DNA of 64,000 nt from Centroscyllium fabricii (taxonomy: Eukaryota): NCBI GenBank assembly GCA_051313645.2, contig JBNRSN020000024.1, forward strand, positions 59,644,001 to 59,708,000, read 5' to 3'. The notes below the pieces were generated by a model. The model was not told the DNA's origin. It searched no databases and was given only the letters and a program-made list of their open reading frames with translations. Each line of letters opens with the position of its first letter. The stretch's first letter is position 1. Both the position numbers and the translations under genes were made by a program. Shown here in pieces: positions 1 through 11,620 of this stretch.

Positions 1-206
1 AAGAGCATCAGGTGGAAATGTATATGAGGAAATCGATTATGGGCTGTGTGGCACTACTCTGCCCAAACTCTCCTTCGGTGCATAAAATGCTTTTAAAATA
101 AACGTTGATCAGCAAAAGGGTGGCTGTGTTCAGCACGAAGATGCCTCATTATTGGGCCATTGTAACTAAGTTCACTGTCAATGAATGACTATAAAAAAAG
201 AAAAAA

Positions 207-485
207 GGCTTGCATTTATATAGCGCCTTTCATGACCTCAGGACATCGCAAAGTGCTTTACAGTCAATTAAGTACTTTTAAAATGTAATCACTGTTGTAA
301 TGTAGGAAACGTGGCAGCCAATTTGCGCACAGCAAGCTCCCACAAACAGCAATGTGACAATGACCAAATAATCTGCTTGAGTGATGTTGGTTGAGGGATA
401 AATATTGGCCAGGACACCGGGGATAACTCCCCTGCTCTTCTTCAAAGTGGTGCCGTGGGATCTTTTACATCCACCTGAGAGGGTG
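207..485 (-). mobile_element. Deu-domain SINE (SacSINE1/AmnSINE-like), partial
   Basis: The reverse complement reads ...AAAAGATCCCACGGCAC...GAGCAGGGGAGTTATCCCCGGTGTCCTGGCCAATATTTATCCCTCAACCAACATCAC...GCGCTATATAAATGCAAG, the recalled Deu-SINE core and tail. Homologous copies lie at 13.7k, 44k and 46.6k. Confidence 0.8.
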
Positions 486-1063
486 CTCAGTAAGTTATGT
501 TAAATAAAGGGATGAGACTCACTATTAGGCAGTTGCACCTGGCAAGAAGATGACTTTACTCAGTATAGTGTCGATTTTGCTCAGCACAGATCATCGGATG
601 GCAAACACTGGTCAGCGGAAAGATTTCTTCTGTGCACGACGTGGAACAAAATGGTAAAATTGGTTTTTTTGACTGTCACCATGGCTGAGATCACCTATGA
701 CGTCAAAGACCAGGAATATAACCTGGAATTCTCCTGGTCCATTTGGCTCAGTTCCACACTAAAACATGCACTAACATGCTGAGCCAATGGGGGAGTCTGT
801 CTGCCATTGTTGCATGAAGTTGTGAACAAAATATTAAAGATGGGAGAAGGTGACTCCGTGTGTCTGCAAGGAAAAGTAATGGTTTATTGATGGAGACTGT
901 TAAAAATGACCATCATACTGGGAGGTAGACATTAATAGAAATTCCACTGGAGAATAATGAAGGGGTGGACAGAAGCAAGGGAAGGCACAGACCTATATAA
1001 GCAGAGCTGGTGTATTAGTTAGTATATTCTCCTGCAGAGATATTTATAATTGTCAGTTTATCC

Positions 1064-2168
1064 ATAGTCCCCTCCAAGCTCGGCACCAAGCTCAGGGACT
1101 GGGACTGCACAGCTCCCTGTGTAACTGGATCCTCGACTTCATGACGGGCAGACCCCAGGTGGTAAGGGTAGGCAGCTACACCTCATCGACCATGATCCTC
1201 AATATGGGGGCCCCCCAAGGTTGTGTTCTGAGTCCCCTCCTGTACTCCCTGTACACACATGACTGTGTGGCCACGCATGACTCCAATACTATCGTCAAGT
1301 TTGCTGATGATACAGTTGTCGTGGGCCTGATCCCCAACAATGACGAGAAGGCCTACCTGAAGGAAGTGGAGAACCTGTCACTGTGGTGCCAGGACAACAA
1401 CCATTTCCTGAACGTCAGCAAGACAAAGGAGCTGATAGTGGACTTTGGGAGGAAGCAGGAGAGGTACTATAACTCTCTCAAGATCGATGGGACCCCAGTA
1501 GAGAGGGTGAGTAATTTCAGATACCTCGGGGGCCATCTTTCCGATGACCTGACATGGTCCCTTCACATAGACACATTGGTGAAGAAGGCGCGGCAGCGTC
1601 TTTATCATCTCAGAAGCCTGAGGAAATTTAGAATGTCCCCCCAAACACTAAACAACTTTTATAAATGTACTATTGAGAGTATCCTGTTGGGGAGCATCAC
1701 CGCCTAGTATGGTAACAGCATTAAACAAGACCGTAGGGCCCTGCAGAGTGTAGTACGGTTGGCAGAACGTACCACCTGGGGTGCACTCCCTAAGCTGCAG
1801 GATATCTACACCAGGCGGTGCATGACTAAGGCTAAGAAGGTCATTAAGGATCCTAGTCACCCGAACAATGGCCTCTTCTCACTGCTGCGGTCAGGAAAAT
1901 GCTACCACAGCATTAAGACCAACACAGAGAGGCTTAGGAGAAGTTATTATCCCCAAGCCATCCGGATCCTAAATGAAGACGCTGCCAAGGGTCGGTCTAC
2001 TGCTCCCTGATGATTGAATGCTTTTTTCTTCTTGTAATTATTAATTATTATTTGTATTTATTGTTATCCAGAGAGCACAGACATGGAGCTTGCAATTAAG
2101 CATTTCACTACACTTTGTACATGTATAATGATGTATGTGACAAATAAAGTAAACTTGAACTTGAACTT
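1064..2168 (+). mobile_element. Rex1/Babar-type non-LTR retrotransposon, 5'-truncated (RT fragment plus 3' end)
   Basis: RT motifs [20 protein letters not shown] and KFADD. An in-frame TAG at 1705-1707 interrupts the ORF, which continues as DPSHPNNGLFSLLRSG...YPQAIRILN. The 3' end has AATAAA and a (CTTGAA)n tail. Confidence 0.88.
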
Positions 2169-3545
2169 TATCCAGAAATAATCCCAAACATCGGCAGTAT
2201 TTCCCAATAGTTTCAAAGATTTTCTGACATTGCATATTCGCAAGATGTTTGTTTATATGTATAAAAATGCATGGAGTGTCTAATATACACATTACTCAAA
2301 CTATACCCATAGCTTCTTTGGCTGTGTGCTTCTGTTACATTATACGGGATTGATGTTAAAACCATACAAGATCCAGTGAGCAGAATCCATCCAATTAAGA
2401 CAGTTTCAAATTCAGATATTGAACTACTTATTCTATATTGGGCTCTATAATATGGGTTTACAGAACACAGTTATATCATTGTCACTGATAACTTGTACTT
2501 TCTTATGCTTTAATGTTAACATGCAGTAGTGAATATGCTAGTTTGGTTATATGCCAAGGCACTGTGCCATGGAACAGTAAGATGTGGGTTTATCCCTATG
2601 GTTCTCCACACCAGGAAATCAAGGAGGTGCCAAATAGAAGAAAGTGATTCCCCTATGAGAAAGAAAAATCAAAGGATGAGTCATCCCAGCCTGTGCCTTG
2701 CACCTCCTAGCTGCTCTTTACAGAGCAGCTTTTAGCAAAGAACGTGGAGCAGGTTGCCTGATCTTCCTTTCTCAGCTGGAGCGTTGTGTGGCATGAAGGA
2801 GAGGGTAACCCCGAAAGGAATGGAAAAAATGAACGCAAAAGGTAGAAAATAATCAGTGAATGTGTCAAACCCATGTCGCTTGATGTTTGAAATATGCAAT
2901 GTGTCTCAAGATTATCTTTCTAGCTGAATATGTATTTCAAAAACACATGTCATTCACCAATTCACCAGTGTATGCTGCAGCCTTCAGGAAAAGTTCCCTG
3001 CAATGTTGAAAATAGTGTGAATGATATCATTGCTTCAAATATGGAATCTCATGGTATCACTGTAAATACCGAGTGATCACACATATAAACATTATCTAAA
3101 TATAGCTGCAGCCATTACTTTGTGGGTCAGCTGCAAAGGCTTTAGCCAATTCCACAACCTAACTCATAAAACTTTTCACCCCTGCCCCCCACCACCACCC
3201 CCACCCCCACACCCCCATCCAACATAATCCATTCGTTTATGAAATCCAATGTGTTATACTGAACAGTGAATGGTTAGAATGCTGTAAAGATTTCAAAAGA
3301 AAAGGGTTTCAATAAGATGCTGAGCAAAAAGAGTGAGTCCAATTTCATATATCATTCCCTGATTGTACTGTTCCACCGTGATATTTTTCTCATCAAAAAA
3401 CATGAATGCTCTCTGTAAATTGTTTAAACTTAAACAGACTTAAGGATTTTGGTTAAATTAAAAGATATAACCCTATTGAGTACTGAATATTCTAATATGC
3501 ATTAAATACAAGTCTTCTGGCATGTTGAATCAGCAAACAACAACA

Positions 3546-3650
3546 TTTTGCATTTATATAGCACCTTTAACATAGTAAAACTTCCCAAGGTGCTTCACAG
3601 GAGTGTTATAAAACACATTTTTGACACCGAGCCAGATAAGGAGATATTAG
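3546..3650 (-). mobile_element. L2-like LINE 3' end fragment
   Basis: TTGCATTTATATAGCACC terminus shared with the Deu-SINE tail; homologous to 41178-41272 and 63680-63895. Confidence 0.55.
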
Positions 3651-3743
3651 CAAAAATGTGTTTCTTTAAAGTCTTGAATGCAATATGGAGAAATGCATAT
3701 AATTGTATAACATCTCTTGAATCACAATAATATTCCAACATTA

Positions 3744-4085
3744 TAGAATCATAGAATCTCCACAGTGCAGATAGAGGCCATTTCGGCCCATCGAGCCTGC
3801 ACCGACACACATCCCACCCTATCCCCGTAACCCCACATATTCCCACCCTATCCCCGTAACCCCACACATTCAATCCCCCTAACACTAAGGGTCAATTTAT
3901 CCTGGCCAATCAACCTAACCCGCACATCTTTGGACTGTGGGAAGAAACCGGAGCACCCGGAGGAAACCCACGCAGACACGGGGAGAATGTGCAAACTCCA
4001 CACAGATAGTACCCGAGGCCGGATTTGAACCCGGGCCCCTGGCTCTGTTAGGCAACAGTGCTAACCACTATGCCACCGTGCCACC
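3744..4085 (-). mobile_element. HE1-type tRNA-derived V-SINE, tail type A
   Basis: tRNA-like head (GGCACGGTGGCATAGTGGTTAGCAC, B-box GGTTCAAATCC), V-domain TGTGTGGAGTTTGCACATTCTCCCCGTGTCTGCGTGGG, and a CR1-like tail ending (ATTCTATG)n. Confidence 0.88.
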
Positions 4086-4495
4086 TATAAGCTAATGAGT
4101 ATATAATTTATATACTTATTAGCTTATTAACAAGAGTCACTTCAAAGCAGTTCATTGGCAGTTCAGTGCTATAAGATGCTTTGGAAAGGGATGATAAAGC
4201 GATATATTGATCCAAGTGTTTTTTGTGGCCCTCCCACAACATTGTTTGTGGTGAGTCAGATGATGTGCTGTTTTATAACACTACACTCAATAGTAGCCCT
4301 TCCTCCTGCTCTAGGAGCCAGAGATGTCTCTTTCTATGTAAAAAAGTTTTGCTCCCTCCCTCTTTCCACCTCTCAACAGGTGTTCTCCCTCCTCAGCAGG
4401 TTTGTTATCCCTATCCTGAGGACCATATATCTCCAACTCTCTTCTACCCATCCTCAACAGAATTGTATTTCCCCTTTTTAATAATCCAAACAGTA

Positions 4496-4907
4496 CATAG
4501 AAACATAGAAGATAGGAGCAGGAGCAGGCCATTCGGCCCTTCGAGCCTGCTCCGCCATTCAATGAGATCATGGCTGATCATCCAACCCCAGTACCCCGCC
4601 CCTGCCTTGTCCCCATATCCCTCGATCCCTATCCAGCCCGCACCGACACCAATCCCACCCTATCCCCGTAACCCCACACATTCAATCCCCCTAACACTAA
4701 GGGTCAATTTATCATGGCCAATCAACCTAACCCGCACATCTTTGGACTGTGGGAGGAAACCGGAGCACCCGGAGGAAACCCACGCAGACACGGGGAGAAT
4801 GTGCAAACTCCACACAGATAGTACCCGAGGCTGGATTTGAACCCGTGTCTCCAGTGCTGTGAGGCAACAGTGCTAACCGCTATGCTAACCACTATGCCAC
4901 CGTGCCG
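4496..4907 (-). mobile_element. HE1-type V-SINE, tail type B
   Basis: Same head and V-domain; tail GATCAGCCATGATCTCATTGAATGGCGGAGCAGGCTCGAAGGGCCGAATGGCC...(TTTCTATG)n. Confidence 0.88.
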
Positions 4908-4919
4908 TACATAACATAA

Positions 4920-5420
4920 ATGCACATTCTCCTTCTGATTTCTGTATTCTATGTGTGGTTTCGATATTTTCTATTTGCTCTATCTCCACAGTTTCTGTAA
5001 TATTTTCTCCCTCTTTCCCTGGGTATCTGTTTTGTTGCCTATTTGCAATTTCTGAAATATTTTCTCTTTTCCTCGTCTGTCTGTATCTCCCTTGCTCTGC
5101 AGTTTCTGCAAAATTGGGTTGCTCCCTTGTTCTGCCGCTACCTGAGGTTAATGTAATATTTTCTCTGATCCTTCTCTGTGTCAGTTTGTCTCTTTTTCTC
5201 TGCATTGTCTATACTTTGTTCTCGCTCCCCTCTGTGATTCCCTCTTTCTATGTTTTTTTTTGTGATCTTCTCCTCCTTTTCTCTAGATGGCACTTTTTAT
5301 TCCACTCTCTTTGAGTTCTGTCGCTCTTTCTTTGCTGTTCTCTAATTCCTACTATCGTTTGCGTCCAGTCTCTATCTCTCCTTATCCCTTCAAATGTCTC
5401 CCTCCCTCTCAGACTCTCTG
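4920..5420. repeat. CT-rich low-complexity tract
   Basis: The + strand is strongly pyrimidine-biased with many TCTC/TTTC runs. Confidence 0.6.
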
Positions 5421-5620
5421 GGCTGTCCCAGGCACTCAAGTGCAATTAAATTAAAAAACTGAAGAGAAAAATCTCTGAGTGTCCCCTGCAGCCACCTGCT
5501 ATTTCTTCCTCACTTGCCAAAAGCATGGATGTTCAGTCAGCTGCTCCCATCTCTCTGCCTCCTCCCAATTTCTATCTGAAATAAAGTTCAGAGACAGGCT
5601 CCTGTACATGTGCACATTAT

Positions 5621-6620
5621 CATAGAAGAATCATAGAATCTTTACAGTGCAGATAGAGGCCATTTTAGCACTGTTGCCTTACAGCACTAGAGACCCGGGT
5701 ACAAATCCAGCCTCAGGTACTATCATAGAATCATAGAATGCCTACATTGCAGATAGAGGCCATTTCGGCCCATCGAGCCTGCACCGACACATATCCCACC
5801 CTATCCCTGTAAGCCCACATATTTAATCCCCCTAACACTAAGGGTCAATTTATCCCGGCCAATCAACCTAACCCGCACATCTTTGGACTGTGGGAGGAAA
5901 CCGGAGCACCCGGAGGAAGCCCATGCAGACACGGGGAGAATGTGCAAACTCCACACAGATAGTACCCGAGGCTGGATTTGAACCCGGGTCTCTAGCGCTG
6001 TAAGGCAACAGTGCTAACCACTATGCCACCATGCCGCCCTAACTCTGTGTGGAGTTTGCACATTCTCCCCGTGTCTGCGTGGGTTTCCTCCGGGTGCTCC
6101 GGTTTCCTCCCACAGTCCAAAGATGTGCAGGTTAGGTTGATTGGCCATGATAAATTGACCCTTAGTGCTGGTGGGATTAAATATGTGGGGTTGCGGGGAT
6201 AGGGTGGGATATGTGTCGGTGTAAGCTCGATAGAGATCGAGGGATATGGGGAGAGGGCAGGGATGGGGTACTGGGTTTGGATGATCAGCCATGATCTCAT
6301 TGAATGGCGGAGCAGGCTCGAAGGGCCGAATGGCCTACTCCTGCTCCTATCTTCTATGTTTCTATGTTTCTATTTCAGCCCATCGAGCCTGCACCGACAC
6401 ATATCCCACCCTATCCCTGTAACCCCCACATATTTAATCGCCTTAACACTAAGGGTCAATTTATCCTGGCTAATCAACCTAACCCGCACATCTTTGGACT
6501 GTAGGAGGAAACCGGAGCACCCGGAGGAAACCCACGCAGACACGGGGAGAATGTGCAAACTCCACACAGTCACCCGAGGCTGGATTTGAAACCGGGCCCC
6601 TGGCGCTGTGAGGCAAGGTT
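5621..6620. mobile_element. Cluster of V-SINE copies in alternating orientation (-,-,+,-)
   Basis: A fragment at 5621-5722, a full minus copy at 5724-6040, a headless plus copy at 6044-6372, and a minus copy at 6373-6620. Confidence 0.85.
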
Positions 6621-7073
6621 GTCTTAAAGCGGTGGTTCTTAAACATTTTACAACGAGGTCCCACCTTTTCAATTCTTCAGAAGACTGAGCTCCACTGAAG
6701 AGTTCTCATGGTTCCTCGCACTCCTGAAGCAAAGGATATTAGTTCTGCTAAGTCTGCAAAAAAAATCCTCACTCTCTTCACTGTTGTTTCTCTCTCTGTC
6801 TGTCAATCTTCCTTTACTATTGTTTCTGTGTACCTCTCTCTCTCACACTCCTCTTTTCCTCTCTGTGCACCTTGACTTGTCTCTCCTTTCTCTTAATTGT
6901 TTTTACTTTCCCCCTCTTCTCCCCAGGAAACAGGCCAATCAATAAGACTCCCAGTCAGTGGGCCATTCAACAATGCGATAGCAAAATACTGCGGATGCTG
7001 GAAATCAGAAATAACAGCAGAAAACGCTGGAGAAACTCAGCAGGCCAGGCAGCATCGGTGGAGAGAGAAACAG

Positions 7074-7110
7074 AGTTAACGTTTCAGGTCGATGACCTTT
7101 CTTCAGAACT
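7074..7110 (-). ncRNA. Minimal type I hammerhead ribozyme motif (PLE family A)
   Basis: Minus strand: AGTT-CTGAAGA-A-AGGTC ATC GACCT-GAAACGTT-AACT. Stem I AGTT/AACT, stem II AGGTC/GACCT, palindromic stem III ACGT. Confidence 0.75.
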
Positions 7111-7261
7111 GGAGAAACGAGGAGGGGGGATAGATCCACACCTATCCAGAGCCATCCTGTGTTCCTTTAATTTCTGATCTTTCCTTTGTTCTTTCAGCCT
7201 CCCCCTCACCCTTTCCCCAGCCCCTACTTGCTTTAAAATCTATCCCCCCCTCGGCTGCTCC

Positions 7262-7298
7262 AGTCCTGACGAAAGGTCATCGACCTGAAACGTTAACT
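7262..7298 (+). ncRNA. Minimal type I hammerhead ribozyme motif (PLE family A)
   Basis: AGTC-CTGACGA-A-AGGTC ATC GACCT-GAAACGTT-AACT; one mismatch in stem I. Confidence 0.7.
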
Positions 7299-8524
7299 CT
7301 CTCTCTCTCCGCCGATGCTGCCTGGCCTGCTGAGTGTCTCCAGCATTCTCTGTTGTTATTTCGGCCATTCAACAATGATGCTGGAAGAGTGGGATGCTGA
7401 ACAATGATCCTGGAGACCAGGAAAGAGCATCACGTGGTGACTCTTGAGAATTACAATCTTAAAGATGGTAGGCTGATTCCTGCACCGGGCACTTTGTGTA
7501 CATTCAGGCCTCTTTGCATTGTTCCAGAGAAAGTAAGGGTTCAGCTGCCCAGGTGAGGATTGCAAAGTATGGGAGGAGGATGTGCCCGACTGTTCAGCAG
7601 CTTTGGGGGGGGGGGGGGGGAGCATTATGCTGTTTGTGAAAGGAGAGGGGGGTTGTTGGGAGTTACGTAAGTGAGTACATTTGTAATCTGGTTCTGAATG
7701 TTGTGATACATTTAATTTGCAAGCCTGCACAGAACTATCCTCTGTGTCAGAGAGCGTTTTCTTTGCCGAAAGATAGGTGGGTTTTTTAGGGAGGGGTGTG
7801 ATTGGAGTAAAAAAATATATTGAACGAGGAGGCCGAGGTATTGTATAAAGGTTAGTAACGAAAGTAGAAAATAAACAATTATAAATGAGAAAAGCACCGA
7901 GATTAAAAGATGTTATCAGGAAGAAGAACGGCACCATGGTGCTATATGTCAGACATAAGAAATATGTTATTGTAAAGCTAGAGATGCAAGGTTCATATTG
8001 AAGACTTGAGGAGGGTTAAAGTGGATGTTGCCCACATGATATTTGAATTTATGATGGACTCTTGGGTCTCCGGGATACCGAGTGCCCCTCTGGCTATTGG
8101 GGAGCTGTGTGGTTTGCGAGAGTCAGCCTATGGTGCTGTTTACCCTTGCAGCTATTGAGTGATTTTAGCTTTGGAAAGATCATCCTGAGATGCGATTTAA
8201 CTCCACGGTTACTGGCTCCGTGGGGCTGCCCCGCGGTCCATTACCGAAGCAGCGAGTGAATCCTGTCGTGTTGTGTCGTGTACACCCTTGAAGGCACTGA
8301 CTGACCCTGAGGCAGGCATTGGGATTAGGCCTCGTCTCTGTGCTGCTTGGGCGAGTGAGAGCGCCCAGTGACTGGCACACGGCGTGTATGGAGTGATAAA
8401 CTCAAAACCTTCGGTTTGAACTCCACAAGCTCAAAGCACTGTCATCAGGAAACTGTGTGTGCTGCACGAAGGCAAAAGAGGATAGGCAACTGAGCACATA
8501 GAGGCACAAAGCCAGTGAGTGGGA

Positions 8525-8890
8525 CTGGAGAAACTCAGCAGGCCAGGCAGCATCAGAGTTAACGTTTCAGGTCAATGACCTTTCTTCAGAACTGGAGAAG
8601 CCAGGAAGGGGGGGGGGGGGGGGTAGATTTTAAAGCTTGTAGGGGCTGGGGAAAGGGGGAGGGGGAGGCTGAAAGAACAAATGAAAGATCAGAAATTCAA
8701 GGAACACAGGATGGCTCTAGATAGGTGTGGATTTATCCCCCCTCCTGGTTTCTCCAGTTCTGACGAAGGGTCATCGACCTGAAACGTTAACACTGTTTCT
8801 CTCTCCACCGATGCTGCCTGGCCTGCTGTGGTTTTCCAGCGTTTTCTGGTGTTATTTCGGATTTCCAGCATCCGCAGTATTTTGCTATCG
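8525..8890. mobile_element. Penelope-like element family A, inverted pLTR pair
   Basis: Same family as 6976-7362 but in the opposite overall orientation, ending CAGTATTTTGCTATCG. Hammerhead cores at 8557-8593 (-) and 8756-8791 (+). Confidence 0.8.
8756..8791 (+). ncRNA. Minimal hammerhead ribozyme motif (PLE family A)
   Basis: AGTT-CTGACGA-A-GGGTC ATC GACCT-GAAACGTT-AAC. Confidence 0.72.
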
Positions 8891-10916
8891 CAGTCGGATT
8901 GGGTTCTTCACTTGCACATTTTTGTCCCCAGCCACCACCGTCCTTCAGAATTAACTCTCGATTACGCTTAATGGCAACTTTAATGACAATGAAATTCGAC
9001 AATGCCGTTCAGGCCTGATTTCCAGAAGCATCGTAACCCAGTTCGCGCAAAAAGCCAATGTACAGCTGACAATGTGATATTTCTGAGCAGATACCGAGTT
9101 CCGTGTTAGAATTCGCGCCTGTGGCCGAGGTGCCATTGCCCCTGTGGGACTAGGTGTTGTAGCAGCGTGAATGAGCCTGCAGGGGTTGTCGCTGGTGATG
9201 CAGAGCACACCTCAGGAACTGATGGCTGAATAATTACATGCTAAAAGAATTAAATCATTGTAATGATATCCAATCTAAAGATGCCTCCGTTATATAAAAA
9301 AATAAAATTAATTCACAAAATCCATACTTTATTACCAATAATTAAATACTATACAAATATATTTACACCAAAATATGAAGACTTATTGTAGCATGCTGCG
9401 AATCAGTTGTTTATAATTATTATTCAATATATGAATTGATAATTGCATTTTTGGTCTTTTCAGCATTTTCAGTTTGACCGTTCGCATATTGCTCTGTTTA
9501 TAGTTGTTTATATTTACACATTGATTGCATCTTGATTCAGTTTATACTTTTCCTTCTCATTTCTCCTCTTCTCTCGTGGTCCTTCATACCCGCCTAAAAT
9601 CTGTTCACCTGTTAATATCCTTCCTCTGTTTTTTTTTCATAAGGCACTTTGTTTTGTTTCTGTCGTTTTGTGAGTTATTCGTTTTTTTTAAATAGGAGAC
9701 TGCAAGGTGAATAAATTAAGAACGTCTTTTTTCTTTTAAGCTCTGAAGGTCTCTGTGTCAACACCGCTTCTCATAAACCGTTCAGTACATCAAAGATGTT
9801 GTACCTTTAGCAGATTATTATCCAAGGCCAGATTCGAGGCAAAGGCCAGATAAAGGTTAACCTGACGCCTGACCCCCCCAAGTTTGGAATGTCATGTTCC
9901 ACCTCAACACTCTTTTCCTCAACATGACACTCCTCCAAGTTTGACCAATTGGCCACACATCCAGTTCCTCTGTGACCTCGTCATCCAACATTTGGGCCAG
10001 GCTTTGCAGTCAAGGTGAGAACTATTACCCACCCCAGAGTCCAGTGGACAGCCTTTATTTACAACCTTTCCTGAAGAGGTGTCTGCAGAACCAGTCATAA
10101 CAAACAACATGGTTTATTACTAGGCGATGAGACTGAGTAACCCCTTTTAACTGCACCAATGTGATCGCTGTAAATAACTTTTGCAATTAAAGCGACAAAA
10201 TCTCGAACGACGTATATTTCAAACCAACATAGACAGAAACGGTGCATTTAAATCTCCTAAAATCCACGCCTACGTCAATACTTTTGTTGCCGAAGAAAGC
10301 CTATACAAATCAAGTCCCTCTTAAAATGAGCTTCGGATTAATAATGTTGTCTCATTCACGACGTGTTAATTTTGTTTAAATCGGCGCTGTCTCTAGCAGT
10401 ATGTGAAGTTAGACACTGTTTTGAAACTATGATACTTAAATACTACTTTACCCATCGTGTTTCCTAGACTGTACGAACCCTGGAAAAGAGGTTGTAATGG
10501 CAGAATTCATTTTACAACAGTATAAAAAAACATTGCTAGATAGATGCGCTCTTTTAGGGGGTTGCTGATTAGATTTTTTAAAGGTCTCATACAGTCTTTT
10601 AGGACAACCACTGCAAATGTCATGCCTATTTGTATGCAGTCATTGAGGTGTGCAGTAAATTCAAATTACCCCTACAGCTCCTTATTTTACACATATGAAA
10701 TATGAGATAGAAGCCTTAACAGTTTCAGAGCCATTTGTATGCCTGTAATATTTGGGACACAAATGACATCATAAGCATAAAATATCACCGGTGCCTGAAG
10801 TTTCTTTGCAAAGGAAGCTCCCGGGCTCCAGCTGTGTACGTGCTGAAGTTGAAAGAAGGACTCCCGCGTAAATAAGCTGTTTACAGTTTTCAGCAATCAA
10901 ATTAAACAACATAACT

Positions 10917-11306
10917 TAGAAACATAGAAACTAGGAGCAGGAGTAGGCCATTCGGCCCTTCGAGCCTGCTCCGCCATTCAATGAGATCATGGCTGATCAT
11001 CCAAACCCAGTACCCTATCCCTGCCTTGTACCCATATCCCTATCGAGCCTGCATCGACACACATCCCACCCTATCCCCGTAACCCCACATATTCAATCCC
11101 CATAACACTAAGGGTCAATTTATTATGGCCAATCAACCTAACCCGCACATCTTTGGACTGTGGGAGGAAACCGGAGCACCCGGAGGAAACCCACGCAGAC
11201 ACGGGGAGAATGTGCAAACTCCACACAGTCACCCGAGGCTGGATTTGAACCCGGGTCTCCAGTGCTGTGAGACAACAGTGCTAACCACTGTGCCACCGTG
11301 CCGCCC
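10917..11306 (-). mobile_element. HE1-type V-SINE, tail type B, full length
   Basis: Head GGGCGGCACGGTGGCACAGTGGTTAGC, V-domain and tail B. Confidence 0.88.
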
Positions 11307-11329
11307 TCCACACAGAGTTTCTATGTTTC

Positions 11330-11620
11330 TATACTGGAACCATATCCACACAGAGTATACTGGAACCATATACACACAGAGTATACTGGAACCATATACA
11401 CACAGAGTATACTGGAACCATATCCACACAGAGTATACTGGAACCATATCCGCACAGAGTATACTGGAACCATATACACACAGAGTATACTGGAACCATA
11501 TCCACACAGAGTATACTGGAACCATATCCACACAGAGTATACTGGAACCATATCCACACAGAGTATACTGGAACCATATACACACAGAGTATACTGGAAC
11601 CATAGTATACTGGAACCATA
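11330..11620. repeat. 26-bp minisatellite (TATACTGGAACCATAT[C/A]CACACAGAG), about 11 units
   Basis: Near-perfect head-to-tail units with no spacers. Confidence 0.92.

Larger units (their letters stand above)
6976..7362. mobile_element. Penelope-like element family A, inverted (fold-back) pLTR pair with 15-bp TSD
   Basis: Starts with terminus CGATAGCAAAATACTGCGGATGCTGG and has two inverted arms, each with a hammerhead core. TSD GGCCATTCAACAATG at 6961-6975 and 7363-7377. Confidence 0.82.

Noticed and set aside
1141-1707. Functional reverse transcriptase gene
   Set aside because: It is 5'-truncated, lacks the endonuclease and N-terminal RT motifs, and has an internal stop.
4223-4840. Recurring ORFs such as MRSWLII...RTSLDCGRKPEHPEETHADTGRMCKLHT
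   Set aside because: These are translations of the multi-copy V-SINE, not proteins.
7680-8500. Possible LTR or endogenous retrovirus fragment
   Set aside because: No paired LTR, primer-binding site, TSD or gag/pol peptide could be identified.
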